A DNA stretch of 64,000 nucleotides from Ascidiella aspersa (Eukaryota): contig OZ004611.1 in the NCBI GenBank assembly GCA_963924565.1, positions 21,700,001 to 21,764,000 of the forward strand. Reading direction: 5' to 3'. A program made the translations under genes and the position numbers. Every line of letters starts with the position of its first letter. The first letter of the stretch is position 1. Below are positions 38,658-50,900 of the stretch, one piece after another. A model generated the notes under the pieces. The model searched no databases, was not told the origin of the DNA, and saw only the letters and a program-made list of their open reading frames with translations.

Positions 38658-39232
38658 ACTTAGGGCACATCTAGCAAAGATTCTTCCCAGAGAGGAAAAT
38701 ATTTCGAAATAAACACGCCACAGATGTAACAGCATCGGATCATGGCTGAACAACACAAGATAAAAGCTGATTAACTTAAGAGAATCATTACTGGTTGTGG
38801 TTGTATACGAGTTATATTATTGTTGAATTTGGACGTATAAAAAATAAAATTTAGTCGAAAACAACAATTGTACAATTGAAACAATGCCTGGCAGCAACAC
38901 TATATGCAACAAATAAAATATTGTTGACGATTTTCAAGTCAGCGAAACGGTAAAATCATACACCTGCCTAGATTTCTGCCCTTAGCACAAATAAATTTAT
39001 AATGCCTTCTTGCTCTTCAACATCTTGAGTATGCTATCAGTCGCCAATGCGCTGGTCCCGGCTTAAAGAGATAAAAGCCAAGCGAGCCTTAAAATTATAC
39101 CTCTACGGTCGATTGCCCCAGTGCCTTCATCGCTCTCCAGTTGTTGTTCGCCGCCTCAACAGGGCAACCTTAGCTTTTTCTCCCAAGTGTTACCCCAACA
39201 CGCTCTATTTCCTAAACGGCCTTGCTTTCGTG

Positions 39233-39245
39233 GTTGCCTAGTAAC
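39233..39245. promoter_or_regulatory. Candidate RFX X-box upstream of the GT7 gene
   Basis: GTTGCCTAGTAAC matches the X-box consensus GTNRCC(N0-3)RGYAAC; about 580 bp 5' of the ATG. Confidence 0.3.
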
Positions 39246-40439
39246 CCGAACTGTATGTCAAAAATAGTCTTCAATGTAAAGTGTCTTTTGCTTATCCAGT
39301 ATCCACGCATAGCGTTCGACACGTGATGTTTCGCAATCGCACCCGGTTCGTTCTTAGGCGGTATCCAATACGTGGCAGCATGACACAGCAACGTTAAAAT
39401 TAACTTATTTAAATCCGTTTTCCGGGTCATACATTTTTGGGCTCGAGTTTCCCCTCAAAATGTCACGTTAAATTCACATAAGGTTAATCATAACTCGCTG
39501 TATTTAGCAAAAGGCAGTGTTCTTCATTTTTCTCCTGCCAGGTGGACTATATTCTAAAAATAGTTTGGGAATGTTGACCAAGGATCGAAAGTTATAAAAG
39601 TTTTCGAACGATTAAGGGGTGAAAGTAAAAAAATGGCCTGGTGAAAAATGGACTTAGCAAGGCAAAAAAACATTCTTCACCGTACGGCGTATCTACGAGA
39701 AATTATTTTGCACCACAGTTTATATCGCTACTCGAATAACCTCACACAAAACACATACGAGAAGATTTAAAATTGTGTACAAATGCCCCGACTTTGAAAA
39801 ATGGTACACGCTGTCGACACGTGTGGAGGATAGACGCGATTAGCTACCAATGTGTTTGGTTGTCGGGTAAATTTCACCCAAAATAAAATATCAACGCGAG
39901 TAAACTTCATGATTAGTATTTCCCAAAATGTTAAAAGGTAAATGGTTTAACATGGATTAGTGATAAAATGCGAAAAATATTGACTGCAAACTTGTTTATT
40001 GCTTATTTCCTGGATGTCTGCTTTGCGGGTGTAAACGAGCCAATACTAGCTCTAACATAAAATACACTACGGCAAGGTCCGAACGAAAATAGCCTGCCTG
40101 GTCAAAATTTAAAAAAAGGGACTGCTTCTATTGCACTACGTCAAATAATCCCCTTTCATAAGCGTAGCGCCATGTCCTATAAGTGGTGTTGTCTTCCATT
40201 AAGGTGTAAAATTCCAAAAACACGTTGACAAACCCGCTAAAAATCAACACCGGCCATTGAAGAGCAGTGAAGCATATTCCTGATTGGTGATAACCTTTTT
40301 CAGGTAGTCGCAACACAATTGGATGAAGCTGTGGCGAGCGAGCATCGGTATTTATATTAGTAGATTAATTATAACTTGGGTAGGTACACTATGCACGGAT
40401 CTGTAATGTAGCTTGATAATAAATTGCAAAGAAAGTACT

Positions 40440-40620
40440 TTCGAAACTCAGACTGATAACAATTGCGTCCCATCTCTTATAAGTGGTGCTTGAATTGCTT
40501 CTCAGTCACATTAACTGAAGATGATAGGCTACAAGCTCGTATCGAAACGTCTTAATCAAGATGCTGTCGATTTACTCGACCTTTTTGGCTTTACAATTTA
40601 TTATCAAGTTAATCATAACT
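40440..40620 (+). mobile_element. Hammerhead-bearing dispersed repeat (probable Penelope-like pLTR or retrozyme fragment)
   Basis: About 150 bp homologous to 10135-10283 (reverse complement) and about 100 bp homologous to 35485-35590; all three contain the hammerhead core. Confidence 0.6.
40510..40556 (+). ncRNA. Minimal type-I hammerhead ribozyme motif, near-intact, inside a dispersed repeat
   Basis: AUUAA-CUGAAGA-U-GAUA...UAUC-GAAA-CG-UC/UUAAU; palindromic ACGU; predicted cleavage after 40551. Paralogous copies at 35485-35526 (+) and about 10170-10212 (-). Confidence 0.65.
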
Positions 40621-40729
40621 TGATGTACGTTTCGCGCGTGTTCTCAAAATGTCTGCTTAAAAGCGTTCTGGCATACTTTCTTTCCCGTACGCATCCTGCC
40701 AACCAAGGTCGATAACTGACCAGTTAATC

Positions 40730-41014
40730 CAGGGGTGTCCAACAAGCCGCACGCGTTCCGAATGTGGCACGCGACCAAATAAAAAATGGCACGCAACCCC
40801 CCTAAATTAGTTAATTTGCTATTCAGCCAATTGTAAAAAATACCTAATTTTTTATACTGTAAATAGCCATTGTTTATTCACAATATAAAACAATCGCTGC
40901 AATCACGACAAAAACGCTTTTATTATTAGAAAGAATTATATAACTAAACTTTGGCACGGATGAAGTTATAGAATAAAAATTGGCACGCCGGCATGTTTGA
41001 GTTGGACACCCCTG
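40730..41014. mobile_element. hAT MITE (GGCACG family)
   Basis: Perfect 14-bp TIR CAGGGGTGTCCAAC; TSD AGTTAATC/GGTTAATC (7/8). Confidence 0.85.
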
Positions 41015-42759
41015 GGTTAATCTCTACGTCCTTCGCTCTTTCTGCGATGTTAGTTTATTTGACTGCAACTATAGACACATCGATATGAACGATATACTTG
41101 CGAGACGTGTTTTACTGCGCTGTAAGTTGTTGTATTAAAAGTAGAGCTATATGCTGATTTTTTCGAATGCACAATTAATCTATAAGCAACCTGATAATAT
41201 GCCATGCAATGACAGTTTGTTTAGTGAAATTAGGTAGCACGGTTTTATAAATGTCTCCCCTTTTGAAATGTACAAAGGTATGCCAGTGACCCATTCGATG
41301 GTAAATATAGGATGCTAAAATTTTGACCAATTGACCTAAATTTTGAACAATTGAAGGAACAAAAGTCTGACGAAGGTTAGAAGGTTAGCGAAGCAACGAT
41401 ACCTTAAACTAAATTTATTTACCCCTTCCTACAGCCCTTTAGCATCTTTAGTGGCGGATTTAAGCAAACAACATGAAATTCTTAAACTATAAATTTTAAT
41501 GCGCTGCCCGAAAAAACTTCACTTTTCTATAGTGCTGATTATTATTAAACTAGTTTAGCTTGTAGCACAGCAGAAAAAGTCAAATCATTTGCAACACACT
41601 TTATTGCAAACAACGATTTTATGACTTGAGAATCCCCTTAAGCTTAACAAAAGGCAAAAGACCTCAAGGTATTGAAAACATTACAACACCTGGTAATAAA
41701 AGTGGTACTAAAGCTTTATTTGGTTGTAGAATTTACATTTTGCCGTTTTTGAAATGTTTTGTTTTTAACTATGTATGGCAACGATATTTTCAGTCGAAAT
41801 ATTAGTTTTATATTGAAAATTAGTTTCTGATGTAAAGACATTAAGACTGATTAAGCTGGCTTTCTCAAATATATCTAATATCGTATTTTCACCAGAGTGT
41901 ATGGAATATTTATAGAAAAAATTTTGGCCAAAAAATGGATCCAGATTGTTTGTGCCAGCATAAAACTTCATGTTAAAAAATCTGCACTGAAGACTAGTTT
42001 GTTCGTTGCAATAGAAAACCACATGTTATAAATGAAAACACCTTAATCACAAAAAATACCCGGAAAAACCTACTTTGTAAAAATGTAACATTCACCTCTG
42101 AAAACACAGAGAGGAGCTTCTAGTCCAGGGGTTCTTAAACTGGGGGGCATGAATGGTTTGCAAGGGGTCGACTCTCCCAAAAAACTGTGTTTGGTTTGTT
42201 TATTTGGAGTTTTGCTAATATGAATAATAAAGTGCACCAGCCACCACGACATTGGGCCTACTGGAAACTATTTTTTTTTCTAATTTGCTATAAATCCCTA
42301 AAATTTTTGCGGTTCGCTCAAACGTTTTTTTTGTTATACCATTTTTCACCGTTTAAAGGATATTTTTCAGTCCTATTTTTCAGTTTTTGTCAATGTATGA
42401 ACTGCCGTATCGAACACAAATAGATATGCTAGCAAACCGTTTCGAGCAGCAAATGACTTTGTTTTAACGCATTACTTAAAAACTATTCAAACTTCAAAAA
42501 GCAAAAGCAAAATGACCCAAAAGTAGTAAAATGTAATAGTACATGACATTATAAGGTATGTCATGCCTGTGATAGACTGTTTGTTATGGTACTGCTTATA
42601 AATGCTACAAAACAAATGGCCCCTGTGCCCCCCCCCCCCCTGGCTACACGCCTATGCCAAAAGCCCCCGTTGTTTCCAACGAACCACCGTAATTAGGGCT
42701 ATCATATTTTCAGCACCCAAAAAAAGATCATTTTTTGCCTGCAAGTAAAACGAAAGTAG

Positions 42760-42891
42760 AATTGTTACGTTTGAGAAAAACGTGCCATATCCACAAGTAA
42801 TGGATTCAGCTTTGAAATTAATACGTCCTATTCTGAAACAAGGATACTTTTGGCGTATCTCATCAGTAAACAGAGTTTTCCTCTTCGGCAT
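42760..42891 (-). pseudogene. Relic 5' fragment of a hAT-like transposase ORF
   Basis: Reads MPKRKTLFTDEIRQKYPCFRIGRINFKAESITCGYGTF, resembling the MPKRK..F.D....KYP.F......A.C..C N-terminus of hAT-type transposases; first Cys lost, no continuation; lies among MITE ends. Recognised from memory only. Confidence 0.5.
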
Positions 42892-43751
42892 TATAGTTTA
42901 TAGCTTATTTTGCTTTATGCTTATCTAAATTTAAAAATTAATAAAGAAAAATGAAAGCATTTGCTGAGAACCACCTGTATGCGAAAGACCAGTGGTTCTT
43001 AACTTTTTTTTAACCGCGTCCCTTTGGTAATTTTCCTATGCCTTGCGCCCCTCTACGAAACGCAATTCAGCATTTTCAATGAAATATCAGTGAGACAACT
43101 TGAAAATAGTGAACATTGTGTTCGGTCGCGCGAAGCACGAAAAAAATTGAGTTTAATTGGTTGAATTGGCGCTAATCTGTAAATTCAGGGGGCTTTTCTT
43201 AATGGGCACACAACAAATTGCTCGTGCACGAACTGATTTTGACAAACGTGTTGTGGGGGCATTTACCCGACAGTTTTAAGGCTGTGATGCCGAGCGCAAA
43301 TAAAAATGTCAAGCGCAAAAAATAAACATTGCGTTATCGTGTTTCAAAATATGTGACGACACATAATACAACGGCAATATTTCAAAAACGTTATCGATTT
43401 GCGCAAAAATGTTTGAGTCCCCTGTTGCAAGCCTGTTGTCATATATAAAATATGATTAAAAATAGTTTGAACGGTGGATGACTTTTATCGTATATCAGTA
43501 AGTTAGCAAAATTGTAATTAAATATGGTCGATATACCTATATGAAAACATGCAATGGCACTTAAAGATACTTTGTGCTAAAAAAGTTAACAAATGTAGAA
43601 AACCCAAGATTAAAAAAAAATTTTGTGCAGTTTTAATGTTAAAAAACGAGTTTGTAGCGCCTGTATGAGTGGTGTACAACTTAAACGAAACCATTAGAAT
43701 CATTGCAAAAGATTGGCTCGCGCCCCCCGGTAAAGATGTTATAGAGTAGAC

Positions 43752-44549
43752 CGGTCATGTTCAAATGGCGGATCGCGATCCGGATCCGGATCTTTTTAGC
43801 GTTTTGTGCGGATCTTCTAATAGTCTTAAAAAAACAAACTTTCTACAGTGTTTTCATGTGAATACCAATTATCAGTGTTAATGAATTTTGTAAAAAATCA
43901 AGCATAGAACGAGACTCCCAAATGCTAATCTTTGTGAGCGTTTGAGGATATCAGTCAGCGACAGAAAGCCACAATTCGATGCTATTGTAAGACCTAAAGT
44001 TTAAAACAGGGGTCGGCAACCTACGGCCCGCGGGCCGGATGCGCCCCGCCAATGTAATTCATTCGGCCCGCCGCCTCTTTGACAAACTAGATACGAGTCC
44101 ATTTCAAATACTTTTTGACTATTTTAACTCGTAAGTGCGAAAAATTTTCCCGCTTTGCGCGAATCATCGTTCTGCGTCCGGCTTGTTTATGCGTTTTTTT
44201 GAACTAGATCAGCGCTTTGTTACCGTTAATGGAAAACGCATTAAAAAATGTTGGACATATATTTTTTAACATTTTGTATTTTCGGTAATGTAATAAAAAC
44301 TTGCAAGAAATTTAAAAGAAATGCCAGTATTCCTAAAAAAATCGCGCTCGCTTCGCTCGCCACGTGCGCCCCCACTTACAAAGGTTAATAAACACTAATC
44401 AAGATTAACTATTAAACTCGCGTTTACATAAATAAAGCACCATAAAAAGTAAAGCGTGTCCAATATGTTTACTATTCGTGTTTGCTGGATCATCATGTTG
44501 TCAGGTTTGGCTGTGGTGGATCATGACAGAAATCATTTGAACACCCCTG
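43752..44549. mobile_element. Composite hAT MITE of about 800 bp, copy 1
   Basis: Ends CGGTCATGTTCAAATG...CATTTGAACACCCCTG; perfect TSD GAGTAGAC; internal second TIR CAGGGGTCGGCAACC at about 44007; collinear with 58734-59511. Confidence 0.88.
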
Positions 44550-44597
44550 GAGTAGACTAACTAGACAAGTGTGGGTTTTAAGCACAATGAAAGAATA

Positions 44598-44603
44598 TTT
44601 ATT
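44598..44603 (-). terminator. Candidate distal polyadenylation signal of G3BP
   Basis: AATAAA on the minus strand closing a MITE-free tract of about 3.3 kb downstream of the stop codon, about 50 bp before the 43752-44549 MITE. Confidence 0.35.
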
Positions 44604-47600
44604 GCAATTACACAAACGACAAACAGTACTTACAGGTACTTACGATACATACATACATACAATAATTACCTCCGTATAACGTACGCGATCTGGACTCCAC
44701 AATGAACAGTATGCAAGACTGTTATTTTTGGTATAAAATGAAATCCCTTATAAACAGCATTCCAGCTGGCGGTAATTAAATATCGTGACAATGCGGTTCG
44801 GCGACGCATCGAAAAAGAGGAAACTCGGACAATCGACGAAAACACGATGAATTCACAGAGGCTGGTGTGACGACGTCACAACCGGCCAGCCTGCTTCATT
44901 TGGTTGGCCGGGGTTTCAAGCCGGTAACAATATGGAGCGCAAACGCTACACAAGCTTTTGTAAGAAATAAGAACATAGCCTACCACACAGTAACACTGTA
45001 AGTAGGCTAGGCCTAACAAACTCATACCTTTGCTTTATTTATGGACCTTTTTAGATGCGAGGTTCTGTTGCCACTTTTCTGGCGCAATGTTATAATAACA
45101 ATCAAGAAGGTAGGGCTGATAGGGCAATTTCCAACATGTTTCATGGTTACAGTAGTTTTTTGGAAATAAATACAATGTCTCGCCTAAAAGTCTTGTTGAA
45201 AGTATAAGAACTAACTTGAAATGCGAAAAAAGAGGACATTTTTGAGTGTCCTCGGAGAACCATTCAGTTTTCTTGAGAAAGGACAAATCCTCCTATAAGA
45301 GGTCATATGGTAGGCCTACCGTTATCAAAGTTGTGCAAACTTGGCTAACAGCAAAATCCTCAAATTCAGGTCTACTAAAAGATCTTAAAGATATATTTCA
45401 CCAGAAAAGGCATCGGATGAATTGTCAGGAATTAAAGTCGACATTTATCGAATTAGGGTCGACATTTATAAAGGGTCAAGTTTATTTCCCATATCACATA
45501 TTCAATGCAACTAACTTATCTAAATCATTTATTCGTGCTAAGTATGTTCTGTCCTTTAATGTGAACAAAATAAACGGCCCTACTCAATTTACCATTTTTT
45601 TAACTACAGCTAGATGTTACAAAAGTGCTATATGGCTCTAATGGTAATACAATCAAGAACATTCTTTGTTGGCTCCCTTAGCTAAAACTGTTAACCAAAG
45701 AAAATTACTGGTTTCAAACAGCTTTCGCATAATTTGCAGGTTTACATTTAACTGGTGTGCCATTTTGCACCATCTGTTTGAGGTTTCTATAGTTATCTGA
45801 CAACACCTGCCTGTATAATACTGATCATGGTGACTACGAAGCATACTATTCGCATAAGCGCATAAGGGGCTAGAGTTTTAATAAATTGTGCAAACAGGGG
45901 GGCTGCCCCAAAAGTTTCGACCCATGTGGTAGCCAAAAGCTGTTTTCAAACAAACCACAAACAAATGATACTAAACAGTTTTATTTTCATGTCTGTTTTG
46001 AAAGACACGTGTTCGCTTGTGAAGTGAAAAAGGAGCCGACCACAATTCTATTTATAGGATTGAATTATAAATACAGGACGCAACTGAAAAAAATTGCTGT
46101 GTAAATGTTTTTTTTTTATATTATCCGAGTAAAGTTACGACTTTAATGAGAGCTGTACCGCCATTTTTATATCAAATAATCTTAATTTTGTTAAAAAAAG
46201 AAGGGTTGGCAAATCGAGAGACGTCAAATGGAGAAAGTTTTAAATTGCAGATTGCAGAACTACAAAAGAAAGCACAACAAGACGTAAAAACGCTTGATGT
46301 GGGTTGAGGATATAATTATAGCAGAACGGGAGCGGAAATATTTGGCCAGAAACATTGGAATTCGATAATTTCACCAGTTGGCAAACAAACGAAATATACA
46401 CAAATTTAGGATTTAAAAAGTTACGTTGCCCGATAATGAAGTCGCACATTCCAACACTGGGGTAATAGTTAGTTTCAATTTTTCGCTTGTTAAATCTGGC
46501 CAAAATTAAAGTTTTAAACAGATTCACTCCGGACAGCTCTAACTCGATTAAAACACCGTCCAAAGTTGATAATGTTTTGAATTAATAAAAACGTCCAATT
46601 GCTGGCATAGCAAAATCAGCGAAGCAAATGCATTTGTGTCAAATTTAGTAACCACTGAAAATTTTAAAATTGTAAAGAGTTAAGACCAAGGGCATTTTTT
46701 TCGCTGAAAAAACAATTAAGGGCATTTAACGTTTGTGGCTAAATAAAAGGCGTCGTCTGAGATGCAAGTGGCTGCTTCTATTTAGCACTGTACAAGGTTT
46801 CGCTTTAGGTCGTTGATTTAAGAACAGCGTACAGTTGACAAAATGTACAAGTTTGGATGGCGTCGAAATCACAAAACAAATACACGCCAGGTCTAGTTTA
46901 AACTAATTAAAGTGTGTTGTTTGTGGCCGTAAAGTAAAGGTTTCCCAATTAATGGTGTTAAAGTTGTTCGAAATACTGACAAGGGTAAGATCCAGCTATA
47001 TAAACCCGATTACCATGGAGTTGCAACACTTTGAACAAATATCTCGCCAATTTAATTTTCCAAAAGAAGGACCAAAACTTTTCTATTGTCCGTAGAGCTA
47101 AAAAACAAGTCGCCGGACAAAATTTTGGTGTCAAGTCTCGCTTTACAAAGCAGCGTCAGGTTTTCGAAAACATGCCCTGCAACAAGTTAGGATTAAGAGC
47201 GAGCTCGGTTTCGTTTGCTCAAATTAAGGTAAGGCCAGGCCACGCGTTTAGGACTCTCGCCTCACAGTAGAACAGTCAGTGTGGTAAAAAACACAGTCGC
47301 ACCGGATCACAGCGCGTTTTGCGTGCGCGCCATATTAAGCCCGCTATTTTCGACAGCGCGACAAGAGACTAGACTGGCCCAAAGTACAGTACAAAAACAT
47401 CACGTAGTAACCACTACAAAAAACGACGTTCGGTGGGGGTAGAAAAGGAAAAGGGAGATATGTCAAAAAAGGTAGATTTTAAAATAGGGTTCGTTTCGTT
47501 GAACACGTGCGAGTGTGTTGGTGAAAGTGGGGATTGCGGAGAATAAATAAAATTTAAAATCCTGCTAACTTGAAAGTGCGTCGAACGCAACAGAACGGCG

Positions 47601-47947
47601 AAGAAGGCGAAAAGTGAAAATAATAAGAATAACAAGAACGTTGTTTTTTGTCGGTTCGGTCACGAGTATTAAGGAACAATAACACATAGAAAAGAGCAGC
47701 CTTCGGGGGGATGTCGGTGTGGGGTAAATAGGTGGGGCGGGGTTCGGGAACACGGTCGCATGCGCAACAACAGACAAATAAGCGTGGCATAGCGGGTGAC
47801 GAAAAACGAATTTCCGAAACAAAAATAGTAAAAATAAAAAAACAGAAGCAGAACACGTGAAAGCGGGGACTGGGTGGGTGGGTAAGAAACGAGGTCGATC
47901 ATTCCGTGTTGGTGGGGCTTCACCGAGGAGGGGTAAAATTAGGGGAA

Positions 47948-50900
47948 TCACCGTCTCGGCGCGTTGTTGTAACCGGGTCGGGGACCGTCCCTGGGCTCCC
48001 TGGAACCCTGCCGGTCGCGCCCCATGCCCCCGATGGGACCGCCCCCTCTCCTAGCCCCACGCACGTCACCCATACCACCCCCTCTGCGCGGGTCACCCCC
48101 CATCCTACGGTTGTTGTCGCGCGAGTTTCGCTGCTTCTTCTCCTCGATGTTGATACGGTGGCTCTGTTGCGGGTTGTTTTTGTTTTTGAAGTGAGTCGGC
48201 TGCAAAAAAAAAGTTTCAGAATAATTAATTCTAGAGATAACTTTTTTGGACCGATACTGATAACCGATTGTTTATAATTTTGTCAACCGATACCCGATAC
48301 CAATTTTTTTTTATACCTAGAAAACGTTCAAAACTTGAATTAATTGAAAATAAAATCAAAATAACGTTTAGTTTATATACTTTTTTAATTTTATTAAACT
48401 ATTAGTTTTCAAATTTATTTGGCGTGATGCTAAAACCCAATTTTTTATTAAAAATGGGTATGTTGTTTGTTGTACAGGAAAATTAAATTATTTTTTCGTA
48501 CTAAAATATCGGCCAAAGTATCGGCCTACATTTACCGATACCGATATATTGGTAGAAGCCAAATATCGGTCGATATAGTTCGAACTTTTACTCTACGATT
48601 GATAGCAGCTAACACGAATTGTCGTATCTTTGTTTTGTATGATAGAAAAACTAAATGGAGAAGTCGTTGAGAGAAAGAATAGATAAAAAAACATGGACAG
48701 TGTGAGTACTCCAATCACGCCGTTGACGATCGAGCCAGTTTATAAAAGGCTTGGCATTTTTATGTTTTTGCTAGGCGAAGCAAGGTTTCCTTGTATGCTA
48801 ATACTAGCTGATAGTGAAAAGTAAAACCTTTATGTAATTTTTAACGTTAGAGGCGAGGTATAAAGCACAGGACAATTACCAAAATAGAGTTTTTGCAATG
48901 CAGTAACAGTTGACAATCTATAAAGAGAAAATAATTCACATGGAATTAACAAAATGCTAATTTTGTACCTGCAGACTGAAATACCTCGTTTAATAGCATG
49001 CAAAAAATATTGTACAAGGCCAAACTAAACAACAACCTACCATAACCTCCAGAACATGGTCTACAGACTTTGAATCTTCAAAGATCACGAATCCAAAGCT
49101 CGGGTTGTTGGAATGGGAGTGATTGATCCTCACATCGATAACCTTACCAAAGTCTAAGAAACAACAAAAAATACTTCAAAATAAAATAGTTTTTGGTTGT
49201 GTAATTGTTTGAAAAATATTTAAAATGTCCAGGGTCCTAATTAAAAGCAACCATTTTAAAGATTGATCGATATTACATCAAGAAGATATATCTGTTTGCC
49301 AAAATATGGTTTGATGCTTCATCCTAATAAGTAGAAAAAAACATATTGTTTTTCAAATAAAATTGTTAATATTTAAAAAACATTTTGCCTATACCTTGCT
49401 GATGTTTTGCACGGATCTCAGTAGAATACTAGTTACAAAAAAGCAGAGTCTTACAAATGCCACTTAGCGAAATACACAACCACATATTCCAACAAAAAGT
49501 TTATACCAGAGAAATGCTCCTTTAGGTCATTTTCAGCAATGTCAAACGGAAGGTTTCCGACAAAGATCTGCTGATTGTCGGGGTGTCGAATGGGCATCTG
49601 CTCACGATTCCCAAGGCCACCTGGTGGACCTGCACCAATGGGGCCAGCTCGACGAGGTGGTTCAGACCTATCGCCAAAACTCCGGTCATCGTCTCGCTGA
49701 GGGTAGCTTCGCTGGTTGGGTCTCTGGTTTCGCACCGCACGCTGGGGCTGTGGGTCAACTGGTTCTACAGGCTCTGGAGGAGGCTGCAATTTGAAAAGTT
49801 CTTTGGATTAAAGAGTATTTTAATATTAGGTTTTGAAGTGGAGTTACCAAGGTTAACATTGTCTTGCTGTTTTACTATGCACTTTTTCAGGATTATCAGT
49901 TACAAATAGAGTAAGCAAAAGAAGATTTATTTCCATCTTTTGAACTCAAGTCTTTAACTTTAACAGGCAGAGTTATTGTGCTTTTGCCAGGATTTGGATT
50001 AAAGAGTATTTTATTACTCCCATAGCCTTCTTAAAACATAGTTGACTAGCAGTACCATACTTTTTTTACATACTGTGAAGATATTTCCTACCCTAAAATG
50101 TAATAAAATTGATATCTAACATAGTAACTTTTGTTTTACAGAATGAGATTGAGCTGAACACAATCATTAACTTGACCAAGCAACAACATTGGCAACACCT
50201 TTGCCACTGCCCAATGTATCAAGCGAATATTTTTGTTCTGTGGCATATGCAAAACATACAACAGCTTAGAAGTAGAGTTATATAGAGGGTTACCATCTGC
50301 TCAGACCAAAAAATAAGCACGCTGTCCCCCCAAAATAAGCACGCTACTAAAGCCAAGGGGCAGATCCTTGATTCCGGGTGTGAAATCAAACCTTTTAGGA
50401 ATAACAGTATAAAATAAGATAAAAATTTGAAAACAGTTATTTTTGTATGCGCAAAACGTAGCTTAATCGCGCAAAGCCCGTAAAAATGTGTTTACTTGGT
50501 TGAAATTGGCAAGTTAACCAACCTTATTTATGGCAAGCTTTGTCAACTTTTTTGCGCCAGAGCGCACCTGAACACCTTTTAAACCAGGGGCGGCAACCTT
50601 GTTCTAGTCGCGGGCCAAACCAAACTCAGCAAGTTCTCGACGGGCCTTAATATATCTCCATTATTATAAAAGACGGAGTGCATCGGCAAAAAAATCTAAA
50701 ATCATGGATAAATTTAAATGAACTTTAATTTTAGAGAGTTTCATGCTACAAATAATTTCCATTTCGATATATCTACCATGCGCACTTCGCGTTTGGTCTG
50801 AAAAGCCCTCTCAAAAATGCAAATATACCAAAGGGCAAGGAAATATGACTCGCGAGAAGCGTGACAATTTTTTGAATTTTTCTATTTAACATAGTTGAAA

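Noticed and set aside
41367-41395. CTGACGA...CGAAG hammerhead-like motif
   Set aside because: No pairable stems and the GAAA is absent.
47414-48277. Several overlapping ORFs of 65-128 aa near the G3BP stop
   Set aside because: Shadow frames of the GC-rich last exon and low-complexity 3' UTR; no homology recognised.
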